Below are positions 62,406-64,000 of a stretch of 64,000 nucleotides of DNA, in pieces. The translations under genes were made by a program, and so were the position numbers. The DNA comes from Candidatus Methanomethylicia archaeon. Its GTDB lineage: Archaea; Thermoproteota; Methanomethylicia; Culexarchaeales; Culexarchaeaceae. The stretch is from contig JAVYVS010000001.1 in the NCBI GenBank assembly GCA_038727515.1, positions 64,001-128,000 of the forward strand. The letters run 5' to 3'. Position 1 is the stretch's first letter, and every line of letters begins with the position of its first letter. The notes under the pieces were generated by a model. The model saw only the letters and a program-made list of their open reading frames with translations, was not told where the DNA came from and searched no databases.

Positions 62406-63479
62406 TTATTCCACCTTTATAATATTGTATCCAGAAGCTCTCCTAAGTCTATTCATTACAGCTAACCCCAATCCCTTTAATGGTAATCCTTCAGCCAATA
62501 TTAAATTTACATTTTCATCGTCAAATTCCCTTAAAAGTTTAAATAGATTCTTTGCTGCAGATTTTAAATCACTTCTACTACCCATAGATTTAACGATACC
62601 CCTACCATATCTATGCATTGTTTCATCTGTAGCTAATATACCAATTTTCAATCCAAACTTAGAATATTCCTCTGTTAACTCAATAATCTTATCCACAATT
62701 TTATTTAAATCTCCTTCTACAACTATTAATTCAGCTTTTGGAGCATAATGTTTATGTTTCATTCCAGGTGAAAGTGCATATTCAACTTCAATTTTCGCTA
62801 TTACACTTGGATGTATTGATACCTCTCCTAAAACCTCCTTTAATTCTTCATATGTTACTCCACCAGGTCTTAATATTTGTGGTGGTGTTTGTGTTAAATC
62901 TAAGACTGTAGATTCAACTCCTATCCTAGTTGGTCCAGCATCTAATATTACATCGATCTTTCCATAGAAATCTTGTATTACATGTTGAGCTAATGTTGGG
63001 CTTGGTCTACCAGCAATATTTGCACTTGGAGCTGCAATAGGAGTTTCAGAGGAATCTATTAATGCTAAAGCCACTTTATGATTTGGCATCCTTATACCAA
63101 CAGTATCCAATCCACCAGTAGTTACCCTTGGAACTATTTCTGAAGCTTTTAAAACTATGGTTAAAGGTCCAGGCCAGAATCTTTTCATGAGTTCTTCAGC
63201 TTTTTCGGGAACTTCCACTGAAAGTCTATATACATCTGAAATTCTACTTACATGTACTATTGTTGGATTATCTAATGGTCTCATCTTAACCATATACATC
63301 CTCTTTACAGCTTCAGCATTCAGAGCATCTACACCTAAACCATAAACGGTTTCCGTTGGGAAGGCAACTAAACCTCCATTACGAATTACATTAGCAGCTA
63401 TAGTAATCTTATCCATCTCTGGATTTTCAGGATCCACCTTTAAAATCAATGTATTCTTCAATGGTTTTTCATCCATCAA
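62406..63479 (-). CDS. sua5: L-threonylcarbamoyladenylate synthase Sua5
   Basis: AFPTETVYGLG, K.RP.DNP, WPGPLT, APSAN, SPGMKHKHYAP. Confidence 0.97.
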   Translation of the reverse strand: MMDEKPLKNTLILKVDPENPEMDKITIAANVIRNGGLVAFPTETVYGLGVDALNAEAVKRMYMVKMRPLDNPTIVHVSRISDVYRLSVEVPEKAEELMKRFWPGPLTIVLKASEIVPRVTTGGLDTVGIRMPNHKVALALIDSSETPIAAPSANIAGRPSPTLAQHVIQDFYGKIDVILDAGPTRIGVESTVLDLTQTPPQILRPGGVTYEELKEVLGEVSIHPSVIAKIEVEYALSPGMKHKHYAPKAELIVVEGDLNKIVDKIIELTEEYSKFGLKIGILATDETMHRYGRGIVKSMGSRSDLKSAAKNLFKLLREFDDENVNLILAEGLPLKGLGLAVMNRLRRASGYNIIKVE

Positions 63480-63563
63480 CTATCTTATTGATTATATTCA
63501 TTTATTTAAATTTGCATTTCCATAAAGAACAATTATATACTAAACCAAATAAATATTTAATAC

Positions 63564-64000
63564 ATGATTAAGAGTGTAGATAGCATCTTCGATTTAATTG
63601 GGAATACTCCACTTTTAAAACTTAGTAAAATCTCTAGGGGTGTTGATGCAAATATATTTGTTAAATGTGAATTTATGAATCCAAGTGGTAGTATTAAGGA
63701 TAGAGCTGCTTTAAGAATGATAAATGATGCTGAAAATCTAGGTAAACTTAAGAGTGGTATGACTATTATTGAAGCAACTAGTGGTAATATGGGTCCAGCC
63801 TTAGCCTTTGTAGGTGGAGTTAAAGGTTATAATGTAAATCTATATATACCTAAGAGTTGGACTGGAACGTATAATCCTGAAAATAGGATTAAATTAATGA
63901 AGATATTTGGAGCTAAAGTTGAAGATGTAGATTTAAATCTGTATAGAAGGTATCTGGAAAATATACCTAGCGATAAATTTTCAGCTGCAGCTTTTGGTTT
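63564..64000 (+). CDS. PLP-dependent cysteine synthase family protein (runs off the right edge)
   Basis: IGNTPL, KCEFMNPSGSIKDR, EATSGNMG (manual translation). Confidence 0.9.
   Translation, partial: MIKSVDSIFDLIGNTPLLKLSKISRGVDANIFVKCEFMNPSGSIKDRAALRMINDAENLGKLKSGMTIIEATSGNMGPALAFVGGVKGYNVNLYIPKSWTGTYNPENRIKLMKIFGAKVEDVDLNLYRRYLENIPSDKFSAAAFG

Noticed and set aside
1-64000. Self-targeting spacers, tRNA/rRNA genes, transposases or integrases
   Set aside because: None noticed by eye; an exhaustive alignment or covariance-model search was not possible

Overview
AT-rich archaeal DNA, probably a thermophilic Thermoproteota/TACK lineage (inferred from gene families, GGTGA-type ribosome-binding sites and a box C/D sRNA). 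The core is a ~47 kb CRISPR-Cas super-locus. It has three arrays sharing the 24-bp repeat GAACCCAACAAAGGGAATTGAAAG and a conserved ~205-bp leader. A complete type III-B Cmr operon sits between two convergent arrays, with Csx1 and two ring-nuclease-family genes nearby. A type I-A module (csa3, csa5, cas7, cas5, cas8a-like, cas3', cas3'') and an adaptation module (csa1/cas4, cas1, cas2, cas4) follow. No intact cas6 is visible, but a decayed cas6-like remnant lies at 11.4-11.7 kb. Between it and csx1 is an accessory island (stop-interrupted UDG-like gene, Zn-ribbon UPF1-like helicase, stand-alone EVE-like protein, divergent HhH-GPD [4Fe-4S] glycosylase); this is the best candidate for an undescribed modified-base defence system. 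Spacers show repeated targeting of the same viral loci, including a MoxR/RavA-like ATPase motif. The rest holds housekeeping and metal genes (UDG, THUMP-SPOUT, copA, ZIP, coaBC, sua5, cysK-like), four archaeal AAA ATPases, a bactofilin-like beta-helix gene, many short decayed gene fragments, and a GT-rich to AC-rich gradient along transcription units. All calls are from manual reading; no database searches were run.
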